64,000 bases of DNA from positions 960,905 through 1,024,904 of the forward strand of contig JBNZDD010013632.1 in the NCBI GenBank assembly GCA_050575255.1. The letters run 5' to 3'. This DNA comes from Harriotta raleighana (Eukaryota). The first letter of the stretch is position 1. Each line of letters opens with the position of its first letter. Positions 24,201 through 36,930 of this stretch are shown piece by piece. The notes beneath the pieces are model-generated. The model saw only the letters and a list, made by a program, of their open reading frames with translations. It was not told the DNA's origin and made no database searches. The translations under genes were made by a program, and so were the position numbers.

Positions 24201-25942
24201 TCATTTATTTTTGAAGGAATTATTGCCCCCAGAAAAGCGATACACCACTTGAATAACAACCGGGGTTCCTACTTACTACTAGATAGATAGACAAGTGTAG
24301 AGTAAGGAATCATGTGCAACATTTCACCCTAGGTGCACAATTTGGATGCNTTGCTCCCCTGGATGAAATGAAACTTCCTATCTTAGTATATTCATCACCT
24401 ATATTCTGCATCCAGGCCATTTATCCCTTATTTAAAAAGCCTTCTTACCTCCAATAAGAGCAAGCCCTCTGGAAGGCTATCTTGCCTAAGGGGTGCTAAA
24501 TAAATGAATTTACCCTGGTTGTTATTTAGTTCATATTTTCTTAGGTTTTTTTTTGTGTATTTGGTCTTCTCTTCCCTTCCTGTTTACTTTCTTTCCATGT
24601 TCAACTCATGTTGTACTATCTCTCTGGGGAAGCACTTCTGGAACACTCTGTAGAATGTGCAGAAAAACAGCTGACTAATACACTGTGCACCATTCGATCA
24701 CTGTTTACAGTAGATAGCTCTCTTTAATTCTAAGGTGCATTGTTTGCTGCATAGGATAAATCACTCAACACACTGATTTAATATTAATTCATAGGGTTTA
24801 TGTAGAGCTTTATGGTATTAATCACAGAGGGGGAAAAAAAAGCAAGTCTATTTTTTACAATTCCCAGCAACGTTTTAAATATCTTCTCTTTGAGGTGTTG
24901 CTTTTAAGTCTGTCCCTCAAGGAGATGAAGCTTGGTGCGAGCTCTTGTCGGTCACCTGCCACCCCCAATATTAGCAATATTTCTCACCTTCAAGCCTCCA
25001 CATGTTCCACTCAAAGAAGGAAGTCTGACTATTCAGTGGCAATGACTACCCAGATTAAGTTGCAATTTGTCTGACATTAAATGTATTCAAAGTCAATGAA
25101 ATGTACCCGCACTTTGTTTTTCATTAGTTGTCTGTTTTCCTGTTTACTATTAATCTGCACACTTTTCCCAACTCAGACTCCATAGGGTGAATGAAGCAGG
25201 AAACCTGTCACTCTTTGATGGCATTACTTGGGAAAACAAATGTGGGCTGTTTGGCCTGCATAATTTTGAATGATACTCCTCACTGCCTCATAGCAATACA
25301 TCAGTAGAGGAGCAGTAGAGGGACATACAGTACATGGAATTTTTTATAGTAATGCAGGGCCTAAAGGGCTGAAGGGTTTAAATGCACAGTATGATGCAAT
25401 TATGGTGAAGAGTATGGACCGAAATCTAGTCTTAGCATATTAGAGCATTTTGTCTCAACATTTTAAGATCATGGAGAATGTGGTGTATTCATTAGTACAC
25501 CTAAATGTGGAAGTCAGTTGTCTGGTTCTTAAAAAAATTATTATTGACTTTGGAATTTACTCAGAGTATTACAGCAACAGAATGTTTTTGTATTTGAACC
25601 AATATCCCTGAGAAGTTTTAATCTAAGTGTAGTTGCACTTTCTCTACCTGTTACATGACCACATCAATCTACTTGCTTTAGGATATTACTGTATGAATAC
25701 TTTCGGATTCTAGTAGATTACACTGCAGCACAGCAACCATTGGTAAACATTAAGAATAAGCGAACCACAGAGTACTGAATATGAAGTAACTGCAACAATG
25801 GAGCGAAGCATGGGTTAGAACACAATCACAGCTTTAAAATAATGTTCAATGACAGAATTCAGTGATTCGTGAAGCTAGTCAAGTTTCTAAGATTATGTGA
25901 AAAGCAGTCGTCAGAAGCCGGCAGTCCCATAAGGGTGGTGTA

Positions 25943-26359
25943 CAATAAAAGCCTGTTTATCCGTGACTCGATCAACCGGAACTTCCGTATAACCAGTACG
26001 TCAAAAAAAAAAGTCCCCATCCAATTAACTGGATGCTATCCAGCAGAATAGCAGTGGCGCATTTAATGAATCAATTGTCGCATGAGAGTACTGTACAGGT
26101 ATTCTGGCTTGTTGGTAGTAGAGCCTTAAAGTCGCGCTGCCGTTTTTTCCCTCACATGGCGTCCACCATTGCAGAAGTTAAGTATAAATAATAAAGTACC
26201 AATACAATATTCTGTTATTACAGTATCTGTTATTATTGTATTTAGTACAATATTACTATTATTTATATGTTACAGTGTACAACATTTACAATAAAGTACT
26301 CATACAATATTCGGTTACTATCTGTTATTAACGGGTGCAGGATAAACAGGCTTTTACTG
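25943..26359. mobile_element. pogo/Tigger-like MITE
   Basis: TIRs caataaaagcctgtttatcc / ggataaacaggcttttactg with TA on both sides. Confidence 0.9.
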
Positions 26360-26475
26360 TACAATCAAATTTATTTATCAATCACCAAGCACAAAGTTAA
26401 TATCCTATTACAGCCAAAAAGCCCTAGTTTTTTTTTATTGGTGAGCGAGGGTAGGCCTGCACACCCCCATTAACC

Positions 26476-26819
26476 TAATGGTNTCCAAACTGTGGGGTGC
26501 ACCTCCCTTGGGGCCCCACTTCTAGTTCCCAATAGGATTTCAATAACTTCATACTGCAATTGAGAAGTGTAGCTATTTTCCCCCTACTGGAAGACACCAT
26601 TTTATTAGAAGGTCCATATAGTTTGTTCACAGTGTAACTAAATACAATTGTGTGTGAGGAACTGACCCAGATCTGTGTCCACTGTGATTTAAAAACTGGA
26701 TGAGAAGGTAAACAACAGTATTTTGTAATATGCAGAAGTGATCTGCACCGCTGTTTCCATTCAATATCCCACCCAATTATAATGAAAATCAATGAGTAGA
26801 ACGGAGTTTGAGACCACTT
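26476..26819. mobile_element. Possible old hAT-Charlie MITE
   Basis: Ends taatggtntccaaactgtgggg / agtttgagaccact resemble CAGTGGTTCCCAAACT TIRs; no TSD visible. Confidence 0.35.
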
Positions 26820-27664
26820 CAGAAGCTTTAGATTGCTTTTATCAAACCACCCATCACAGAATGATTTAGAATTAGCACAGTGACAGCATCAGCATGAATA
26901 GCCCATGAGTTAAAACAAAGCCTTTCTGTAACCTCCAAACTGGCTCACTGAGCATATCCAACCTCCCATTTAGCACAGCCACAGTCAGATTCAGAATGCA
27001 GCAGCACAATCTATAAATTATTAGAAAGCAGAATACATTTCCAGCAGCCCATGACAGATAAAACCACAGGAATATGATTTTTATGAATACACTCCGTACA
27101 GTTAGTATACATTCAGTGCTGAATAACGGTTCAAGGAAATCACGTTTGGGACATTGTTCTGTTCCTTTCTCGCAGTTCGGAATCTTTGTGACTTGGTGGA
27201 TACTTTCTGGAGCTTCTGCTTTACAAATTAGGAGTTTTTTGTTAGAAAAACATTGATGAGTTGGATCATGCTGGCCAATTTAAGACACTACCACCAATTG
27301 ACTCCTTTTGAGATGCAGATTTGAATCCAACACTGGGCACAGAGAACAAATCTCCTCTGTGTAAAAAGTCACAAGTGAATTGGGTTCTGAAAGAACTGGT
27401 CAATTGAACAGAAAGTGTTCAAATAATTCAGCGGTTTCATGTTTCATGAACCTAAAATTATGAATATGGACAATTTCTTTGTCATGTGGGTGAAAATACA
27501 GGGAAAGAAGGGGTGGAAGGAGATGTCAAGCAGTGTTGTGTACTGGATGGAGAAATGTTGATTGATTGATGTGAAGTCTATAGCATTAATTGATTCTTCA
27601 GCAACCTCGCTGGTTACCTGAATCAATAGAAGAAATACAAAAGCATGAAATAAGAATATTCAAG

Positions 27665-28125
27665 CTTGGCTCAATCAGCAGCACTCTCACCTGTGGGTTA
27701 AACGATTGTGGATTCAAGCCCCATTCAGGACTTGAGCTCAAAGTCATGGAGGACACTCCATTATTAATAATAATAATCCTTGCATTTGATATAGCGCTTT
27801 AACGTCTTCTAAACTCCTCAAAGAACTTCATTGAATATGCTGTAAAGTGAATTGACTGTATATTTGTGGGTGAAACACAGCAGCCAATTATTCCCAGAGG
27901 TGTTCCACAACCAGTCGTGGATTGAAATGTCCAATTAATTATTGTATTTTTTGAGGGATTATCAGTAGGCATTTGGAGTAAGAAAATTTCCTCATGGTTT
28001 TGCCATGCCTGGAATTGAACCTAAGTCTCTTGCTTTTAAGGTGAGTGCTCTAACAACTGAGCTACAGGAATTCACATTCATTGTCAGAGATGCCATTGTT
28101 TGGGTACAGACTGTTAGGAAACAAT
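27665..28125 (+). mobile_element. Old SacSINE/AmnSINE-like element split by a younger SINE
   Basis: Head gcactctcacctgt..gtggattcaagcccca..gacttgagc..gacactcca (27665-27760) continues as cattgtcagagatgcc..gactgtta (28079-28125). Confidence 0.6.
27766..28070 (-). mobile_element. Full-length tRNA/Deu SINE
   Basis: Antisense tRNA head (gtagctcagttgttagagcactcacc..gttcaattcc), core and (att)n tail. Confidence 0.9.
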
Positions 28126-30784
28126 GTGCTTTTACTGTTTCTGGGATACACCAATGGTGTTTGAGGCTGAATTGTTCATGACTGAGTTTAACTATGAGGA
28201 TAATACTAAAATAATAATTTACACTGAATACAACATTTGATGTAATACCTTTTATGCTCAACTGCCTCAGAGACACTACTGGGAGGTTCAATGACTGTTT
28301 TGCGTGTAAATGAGTTGGAATCTATGGGAGAATAGTTTTTGCTTGACGACCTTTTGTAACCAGAACATTCCTTCATGAGGTAAGGTGGGAAGACTGGAGT
28401 AGATGGTTGGATAAATGGTAAGTGGGAAAACTACTCAATTGGCTGAATTAATTTTTCTTCTGTACTTTTTAAAAATATTCTTGGATAAGTTTGGATATAT
28501 AAAAAAAAACTTTCCAAGAAAAGTGCCAAGTAGTTTTAATTCTGAAGAAGGTTGTTGCATTTTTCCACAAGAACTAGAAGTTATTAGCATTTATTCCATC
28601 CATTGGCTTTTCAGCAGAATCTGTCTGCGTCAATACCATCTGATAAACTACAAAGCTTAAATTACAGTCTCTGTGGATCCATGAATTTGAGCTCCAATTT
28701 GCATTCAAAAGTGCTGACAGTGGGCATTCTGTGTGTCTAATCACCTCCAATAAGGACAATTTAGCAGGTACAAGGAGAAGAGGAGAAATGAACCGCATGG
28801 CAACATGGTAGTTTGGGACTAACAGCATATTACTATACAAAGCCACAGAGCTCCAATTCTACTAATGTTCTTAAATGTATAAAATGGCAGAATTTTAATC
28901 ATTCTGCTTCTATACTTTTGCAAATTCTGTACAAAGACCTGTTCAGTGGATCTGTATGAGGAACTTATCTGAAGTTTATATAGAGAAAAATCGGTTCCAC
29001 GAAAATCACTTTGTGTTTATTTATTTCACCAATATTGTAAACTCAGATTAAAGCAAAAAATGTATGCAGATTCACGTATTCTCCAGAAATAAACTGCCAT
29101 ACTTAATAGTGAGCTGAAAAAATTAGTTAAAATTCAAAGTGATCAGAGAAATTACAGTGCCCTTTGGGGATGCTTCAGAAGTATTCTATGTAACGCAGAG
29201 TCGTGGCAGCTCTGTGGCTGCAGTTGCAAATGAGAATTTATTTGTAAATTTAAAGTTCTGTGGAGCTTCCCCGCTGTGAATTGCATTATAAACAGGACAT
29301 CTTACAGTTGACCAAACTGAGACTGATCACTTTTAGACAAGGCTGCTGCACACATTTACCAAACCAACAGAGCTGTATCATATTGCTTGAGATTGATGGG
29401 TGTGACCAACTACTGTGGCTATCATGGATTTGTTTTGCACAATACAAAGGGGTTTTTTTTGGTCATGTATTTTAAAGGCACACTTCTACAGACCGACACA
29501 CACATTTGTTGAATAGAAAATTTACCTGGTAACTGTGCTTTTTGGGTTGGCAGTGGATTTCTGAGTAAAGTTGATGCTGAAGATGTGAGGAACAAAATAT
29601 TTTTAAATCCTATCTTATTTTTGCCTTGGAAAACACATAAAATTGATGTCCACCCAGAAGCAAATGAAAAATAATAGAAAACCGAGGTAAAACCTGAACA
29701 GGTTCTTTGTTGAGGGGGAGGGATTTCATGCTTGAGGCAGGTGAAAAGTTGTAATTGAATGGCTGCTACTAACCAATTGCTAAAAATGTCTTGAACTGAA
29801 ACAGAATTAAAAATACTGGATTGCAAATCTTTTGAAAATGAGTTACCAAATACTGACTATAATATTGTAAGATTTACTTTTAAGGTAATTTTGAAGGTAA
29901 TTCAAGTAGTAAGTTTAATTACTGTACATGATGGCTCAGCTCAATTGTATTAAACTGGATGGATTTATTCTTTGTAATTTTAATTATTTTCCATTCTTAA
30001 GAGGATTATGAAGTATACATTACACTCTTGAGAATTTATATGAGATTGATTGCTGTGTACTAAAAAAGCCACAGATTGTCTTTGTCTTCCAAACCATTTT
30101 TTTCAGAATTGAAAACTGAGAATGGAGATATTAATAATCGTAGTATATGATACAGTGCCTTATCACATCTTCAAGTTGTCTCAAACAGCTTCACAGAGGA
30201 TATAACCCTTCATCAGCAGCATCTAATGTAGAACAATATAGTACATTAGAAGGGATATATTGGCATATATGAAGGAGAACCCATTAAGATGACGCTTTTT
30301 TGAGCTTGAATAATAATAATAATTTAAAAAACACTTAACTAGGAACAATAAGATCCCTTTTCTTTAATATGCAAGTTTAATACCCTGGTATACCTGTCTC
30401 GGTGATTTTACTTTGTGGTCAGATCAGACTGATTTCCAGAAACAGGAAACAGGTCTGTTCTATTACAGAAGAAAACAAGTTTCTACCCCAGGGAGATATC
30501 AGAGGAAGCTCATCATTATCACTCCTATTACAACAGATAAGAAAAGAGGTCTCATTTGAAAAATAAGCCTAAACATCACTGAAAATCAACATTACAATCT
30601 CCAAATAATCTGAGATTTGTCTGTGTAAATAAATTTCATTACCACTTTATTCCAAACAGTGAGATTTAAATCTGATTTGTCATGAGGAGNATTACAATCT
30701 CCAAATAATCTGAGATTTGTCTGTGTAAATAAATTTCATTTACCACTTTGTTCCAAACAGTGAGATTAAAATCTGATTTGTCAT

Positions 30785-31101
30785 GAGGAGTCCTGTAGCT
30801 CAGTGGTTAGAGCATTCACCCTTACAAGCTTGAGACCTGTATTCGAATCCAGGCAGGTCAGGGTGAAACCTTGGGCAAGTTTCCTTGATCCACACACCTA
30901 TAATCCCTCCCCCCCAAAAATAATAAAATTGGTAATTTCAATCCATGATTGTTTGTGGGACACTGCTGTGTGCAATTGGCTGTCGCGTTTCACTCACAAA
31001 TATACAGTCAATTTACTTTACAGTATATTCTGTGAAGCTCTTTGAGACATCTAGAAGACATGAAAAGCGCTATATCAAATCCAAGGATTATTATTATTAT
31101 T
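30785..31101 (+). mobile_element. Full-length tRNA/Deu SINE
   Basis: A box tagctcagtgg, B-box-like attcgaatcc, Deu core tttgtgggacactgctgtgtgcaattggctg, L2-like tail, (att)n. Confidence 0.95.
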
Positions 31102-32754
31102 AACCTATACCTTAGAAAAATAACCATTCTTGCATTTAATATAGTGCCTTGCCACTTCTTAGAAATGTTTTCCAACAGAACTGCAGCAAGCATACATGAG
31201 ATGAACTGGGAATTTGTTGACAATTTTTTTAAAAATTGTATGGGCCAAAGGCATGTGATCATTACAGAGGCAAAAAAGAGTTAGGCACACAACTGCCAAA
31301 GAGGTTATCCTTCCCAGACTGGAGGATATTATTGTTAATATATTAAGAGCACTTCACAATAGTGGATCCCGGGACCGAGCCAGGGGCAGGGGTAGAAAGG
31401 TGACCAAAGGTGCTGTCGAAGAGAGCGGGACCTGAAACTGGAAAAGAGGGTGCGAGGCGGAGGGAGTGAACATTTGTGAGCAAACGAATAAGTCATATCA
31501 CTCTGGTTTGTATTCAGAGTCCTTAGTTCATGTTGTTGATGACCTGGTAGTTATAGTAACCACACTTGTGAGTGCAAATAACCATCACAAAAAGGGCATT
31601 TTCCAAATAAGGTTATTGTAACTAACTGTTCATCAACTACATGAAGTGAGATACAATATTTATGTCTCCAATTCGAACTCACAATTGCTCTCGATATCCT
31701 CATAAAATACCTCTATGCGGTTAATGAAATTTAAAGGAGACAAAGTAATCCATATTTCTTGATGAAGGTAAAATTGAAGACCACCCTTGGAACAATTCAT
31801 TTTCATCCTTAGATTAGCTTCAGATTCATTTCACGTGTGCAGCAACAATCTTTGTGTGTCATCACCATGATTTTGACAGGCAGAAATCGGCCCATCAGAT
31901 TCCTGAGTACCTGCATCTGCATAATGATAGCGACATAATCTATAATATAATCACGTTTACTGTTATTTCAAAGTAGAAATTTTATTCCCAACACCTTTAA
32001 GTTACCATAACATTTTCCTCTGCTAAATCATTGCACAAGGTTTACATGAAATGTTATAACAGGAGGGAAGTTTGATCTGTTGGATGTATTTTAAACATAC
32101 TCTACAGAATAAATGGAGTCCTACATTATTATTAAAAAGTAATCTCTCAGGCTGACTTGTCCAAGCATTGCCCTTCACCTGCATCCAGCCTGACTTGCAC
32201 CTGAGATTTCCAATTAAGATCAAGAATATATGTTCCTAGACGTCTGATAAGTCACCATGGAGCAAAGGACAAAGAACTGGGAATATAATTTGTCTCATTT
32301 ATTTTTAGCCTGAAGTCTGAACAGTTGCAAGTAAGAATTCAGCCATGTTCCCTTCAGCAACGGGAGGAAGTCTAACTTGAGATGTTCCCATTCAAATGAA
32401 TGCAAATAAATCATCTTCTAAATCTCTAATTGCATTGCAAGTGTCTGATGCCGGGAAATTTTATGGGCCAAATTTGGAACTCTATTAAAATTTGTGATGA
32501 TTAATTAAATACTTAGAAGATCATTTGAAAGTATAAAGGAATATTATTTTGCTCATAATTACTAATTATGTGCAAAAGGTTCTGCCTCTATGTTAGATTG
32601 GCTGTGCAATCTTACTATCTTTTGCTCCACAGTTCTAAAGGGATAACTTTCAGTGACACTGTTCCTCTACAAATTAGACAGTTCTGACAAGGATAAAAAT
32701 CAATCTAAAACATTTCTCTTCAGCAATGGGACACTATTTTTGCACCAAATATCA

Positions 32755-32910
32755 ACTTATGTGAGACTGTGGGACATTGCTGTGTACAGGTTACAAATTG
32801 GTTCAAACAATATACAATTCTCTCCACTTTACAGTAAATTCCATAGAGTATTTAGACACCCCCCCTCTGTACCCCCATGTGCAAAGCACTATATTAAATG
32901 CAAGGATTTC
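32755..32910 (+). mobile_element. Degenerate SINE 3' half
   Basis: tgtgggacattgctgtgtac...ctatattaaatgcaagga. Confidence 0.6.
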
Positions 32911-34089
32911 AGCTAAGATTGAAAGTTGTTGCATGCAATTTAATCATCATTACTTGTTCTTTTGCTCATTTTTACTACAAACGTTGTGTTTTTGAATTTG
33001 CTGTTGCAGAACAGTCTCTTACACTTTTGTAAACAAGGGCTACCATGGGTAACCTAACCCTTGGTCGGCACTGATGGTTTCCAATCTATTTAAACAGTGC
33101 TCAGCATCACTAACCTTATCAAGGCACACTGCTAAGTCTCAGTTCACTCCCTGAGAAGTTTTGCGATAGCCCATACAAAACACTTAACTCAACAACTAAC
33201 CTCTTAAATCAAAGGACTCTACTCATGTTCATATAATGAAATCCTTGTCAGCAACCATCAATCAAAAGGTTTGGACAGCAAAGTGCTGTGCTCACGTTTT
33301 CTTTCAGGGAGTGGAGTATTAAAGTGTTGCACAGAAAATCAGGCACACATCCAACTGTATATCATGCTTGTGGGAGTGGAGGGTGGAAGTGCTTGTATTA
33401 TAGGAGAAATGTTCATAGAACATTGGTAGTTGATGTAGTTTCTGGCTGCAAGATGTTACAGATCAAGAGATTAGTAACACATATGTGAGCTACAGATACT
33501 GAAGGTAGCAGCTTATTAAACAGTTATCATACAATTCCAGCCAACTCGACAAAATCATCTTGGGATATTGGTGTAATTGATCTGTTGCTCCTTTATCAAT
33601 ATGCTGCACTATTAAGGAGCTTTCTACCTTGTGCTGTAAAATAAATACATTTAAAATACTGTTTTGGCCTCTTTGTGATTAAACCTTCTGAGATTTGGTG
33701 TAAAAGTACTCAGATTCTTTTGAGAGCAGCAGTATTTATATCTCTGCATCAAACTTGAAAATGTTTCTTTCAAAGATTAAAATTCAACTATTTTCTGTTT
33801 AGTTTGACATTGTGAATGGCACAATACTATAAAATAATAATTGATACTAATAGTGCTTTTACCACCTAGGCAGAAACAAATATGATGTATTTCAAATACT
33901 GCATAAATGTGTTGATTGTTGTATACTAATTAAATGCCCATAGAAGTTGGATGTAAAAATTGAAGTCAATTGATCTTTGGTAAATAAGGGTTTTAGGAGT
34001 TAAGGAGAAAAGGCGTGGAAGTGGGATTAAAAGATCTATCATTACTTGATTGTGTTTCAGCATGGCTCATTTGGCACTTTCCTGGTCCT

Positions 34090-34300
34090 CCCACCTCTGA
34101 GTCAGAAGATTTGGGGATTTAAGACAAAGGTCGCGACTTTGAATTTTGAACATCGTGAGCTGTATTAATGGAAAGGTAAGATAGTAAACTGAGGCTCTGT
34201 CTGTTCAGGTGGGGACTAAAGATCCCTTGGCAGAATTAAAAACAAAATGACTGGAAATTCTCCTGAATCCTGGCCACAAATTCCCCAGATAAAATTGATC
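34090..34300 (+). mobile_element. Old DeuSINE (SacSINE-like)
   Basis: cacctctgagtcagaagattt..taaactgaggctctgtctgttcaggtgggg..aaagatcccttggca..tctcctgaatcctggcca. Confidence 0.6.
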
Positions 34301-34756
34301 ATCTACTTCATGATGTTGGACTCTAATATGTAGGCATAAGCTTTCATTTACCATTGTTTCTTAGTCTTTCAAATAAATAACCTTCAAAAAGAGGTTTATT
34401 ACCAAGTATCACCACTGGATGTGCAAGGATTCCAATTGTCTGCCAAAATATATTGCAACAAACTTATAGCTATTGTGCATCTACACAGAAAAGTTACTGA
34501 ATCATCACAGGAAGCACATAAATCATTAACTATTTTCAGATGCTAGGTTTGGGGGAATAAGTTGGAGTATTTCATAAAGCAAATAAAATATTTATATTTG
34601 CATCACAATTTTATTTCTTTGTCCATGAGTCATTGATAACAAATCTGAAATCATTTTTGTCTCTCTTTATTTGAAACTATTAGAATATATATTAGACATG
34701 GAATTTTTAGTGCTAATCCATTATAGATATGCAGCAATGGCATTGCAGGGAAAAAA

Positions 34757-34975
34757 ACATAAGAACATAAGGATAAGGAGCAGGAGTAGGCCATTCGGCC
34801 CCTCGAGCCTACCCCGCCATTCAATAAGATTATGGCTGATCTTCTAATCTAATTCCACCTGCTTGCCTTATCTCCATATTTCTTAATCCCTCTATCCATA
34901 AGAAATATATCAATCTCAGTACTGCATATGTTCAAGGAATGAGCATCTACAGCCTTTTGGGATAGAGAATTCCAT
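34757..34975 (-). mobile_element. CR1 3' end
   Basis: aacataagaacataag..aggagcaggagtaggccattcggccctcgagcct..ccattcaataagattatggctgatc..gatagagaattcca. Confidence 0.9.
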
Positions 34976-36364
34976 AAATAGTTCTCAAATACTGGCACCA
35001 TTCACATCAAGGATTTGGCGGAGGCTGATTGCTGGCAAGCTATCTTTGGGAATCTGATCAGAACAAATGTGTTTGCATTCATCAGTCAGGTATTCTCTCC
35101 AAAGCATTCCCTCTTTCTCTTTGTCCATCGTGCTCTCTTTTCCTTTTTCTCTTGCCCTCTGCCATTGCTCTCCATGGAGGGGAGAATTGATTGTTGTCCT
35201 TACTTGATTGTTCTGTCTCTATTTCTGCAAAATGCACCTGACATACAGTGCTTCACTCTATTCTTTTAATTGATGATACTTGTATCCTATTTCTAAATCG
35301 ATTTAATTATCTGTTTTTTTAATGGTTTAAAGTCTAATGAGTATCTGAAGTTTGGCTTCAATGTTGGATGCAATTTGCAACGCCTAAAATTTCAGCATGT
35401 TCGCCATGAAAGCAGCCTGCCTATCGAACACTGAAACAACTTGGAGCAATTGACTTTCTAATCTATTAAACACACAAGACGAATAACATGGAACTGAGAA
35501 TTACCCAGTTTATCCTAGCTGTGAGCAAAGTCCTCATGATTCAACTGTGATCTTGTCACTTACAAGAAATTATACATCCCATTCCTGTGGAGGAACAATG
35601 GATTGTTTGAGTCTCTCTTCTGTCAGTTAACAGAACCAATGTATGATTTCAGAATAGACTTGATGAACTGAATGACTTGCTCATGTTCCCATCCTCCTCT
35701 TTTCTTGTAGTGGTCAAAGAAATGCTTATTTGTCACTTATTCAGATGGCTGATGAGTAATTTCTATTTATTTGAATGTAAAATTTATTCATACAGCTAAA
35801 ATGAATGTAACTGTGTCATTGTACCAATCCCATTCCAGCTGCTAATTCTGAATTACATGTCCGCACAGGAGGCAGCCAGCAGACAACTTCACAACAATTG
35901 TGAGACTGATCTATGAACCATTCCACAGTGGGGATAAATTACTAAAGCAGAGAGTGGTCCCATCACTTCCAGCTTCAAAGCCTACAGTAAGACTTTATCT
36001 TGCAGGTGGCTCCACGCTCTGCCTCCCAGCCCGCCCCAACACACATGTTTGGGTTCTCAATTGGTTGAGTGAGATATTTTGAGACATCCCTTCTGACATG
36101 AAAAGGTGCTATATAAACGCAACTTGTAATTGTAAATATAATTGTGCTGTTTCCTAAAATGCCTTTTGACGATGAAAACACTGAAAACATTTCCATACGT
36201 CTCTGTTGCCTAGTATCAATCTTCAATTGAATCCCTTAAATTTTGCCAGGAGAATTGTATGGATGCTTAAATTAATATGCAGACTTTATTCGGCCACAAA
36301 TATACAGTCAATTTTTCCTACTTTCCTTCCCCCGACCCCTCCTCCCCCTGCTCTGATCCCTATT

Positions 36365-36432
36365 TGATTGTACAGCACCTTGGGATGTCCTCCGGACGTG
36401 AAAGATGCTATATAAATGTAATTTTGATTGAT
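36365..36432 (+). mobile_element. L2 3' tail
   Basis: gtacagcaccttgggatgtcctccggacgtgaaagatgctatataaatgtaattttgattgatt. Confidence 0.8.
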
Positions 36433-36519
36433 TTTTAAATGAACAATGTATCATTGGAACAATGTTTTATCAATAGAGGAGTATCAGCAGTGTGGAGTTG
36501 ATAGGACATTGTAATTGAT

Positions 36520-36930
36520 AAGGAGAATACAGTTAGTAAACTAATTGTGTGCTTATTCGGAGCTAAGGCAAGCTGTGGAGATGATGAGTTGCAGTATAAA
36601 AGGTGCAGGAAGGAGTGAGAAGTAGCTTTGCAATGTTGTGACTAATTGCATCAGCGACAGACAGCCAAGGTAATTGAAGACGAAATGCTTCAGAATAACA
36701 CTGCAAAGGTGATGATATCTGGGCTCCTTCCTGATACAGCAGAGGACGATGAAACATTGAACAGGATAATTGGTCTCAACTTGTGGCTGAAAAGGTGTGA
36801 GGAGGATGGGTTGCACTTCACTAATAACAGGGATAAGTTTGGGGCAACATGATTTATTCAGAAGGCTCTGCCTTCATCTGCACCAATATGGGGCCAAGAA
36901 GTTAGAATCGAACATGACAGAGATTGTTAA
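36520..36930 (+). mobile_element. CR1 ORF1 SGNH-esterase domain remnant
   Basis: KVMISGLLP..NRIIGLNLWLKRCEEDGLHF.NNRDKFG..DLFRR.LHLHQYGAKKL matches the CR1 ORF1 esterase pattern (VxISGLLP, NxWL, FxxxWxxF, DGLHLxxxG); frameshifted. Confidence 0.75.

Noticed and set aside
30787-30860. tRNA gene (also near 28010-28070, 42343 and 56070-56145)
   Set aside because: SINE heads: followed by SINE body, imperfect cloverleaf, no oligo-T terminator
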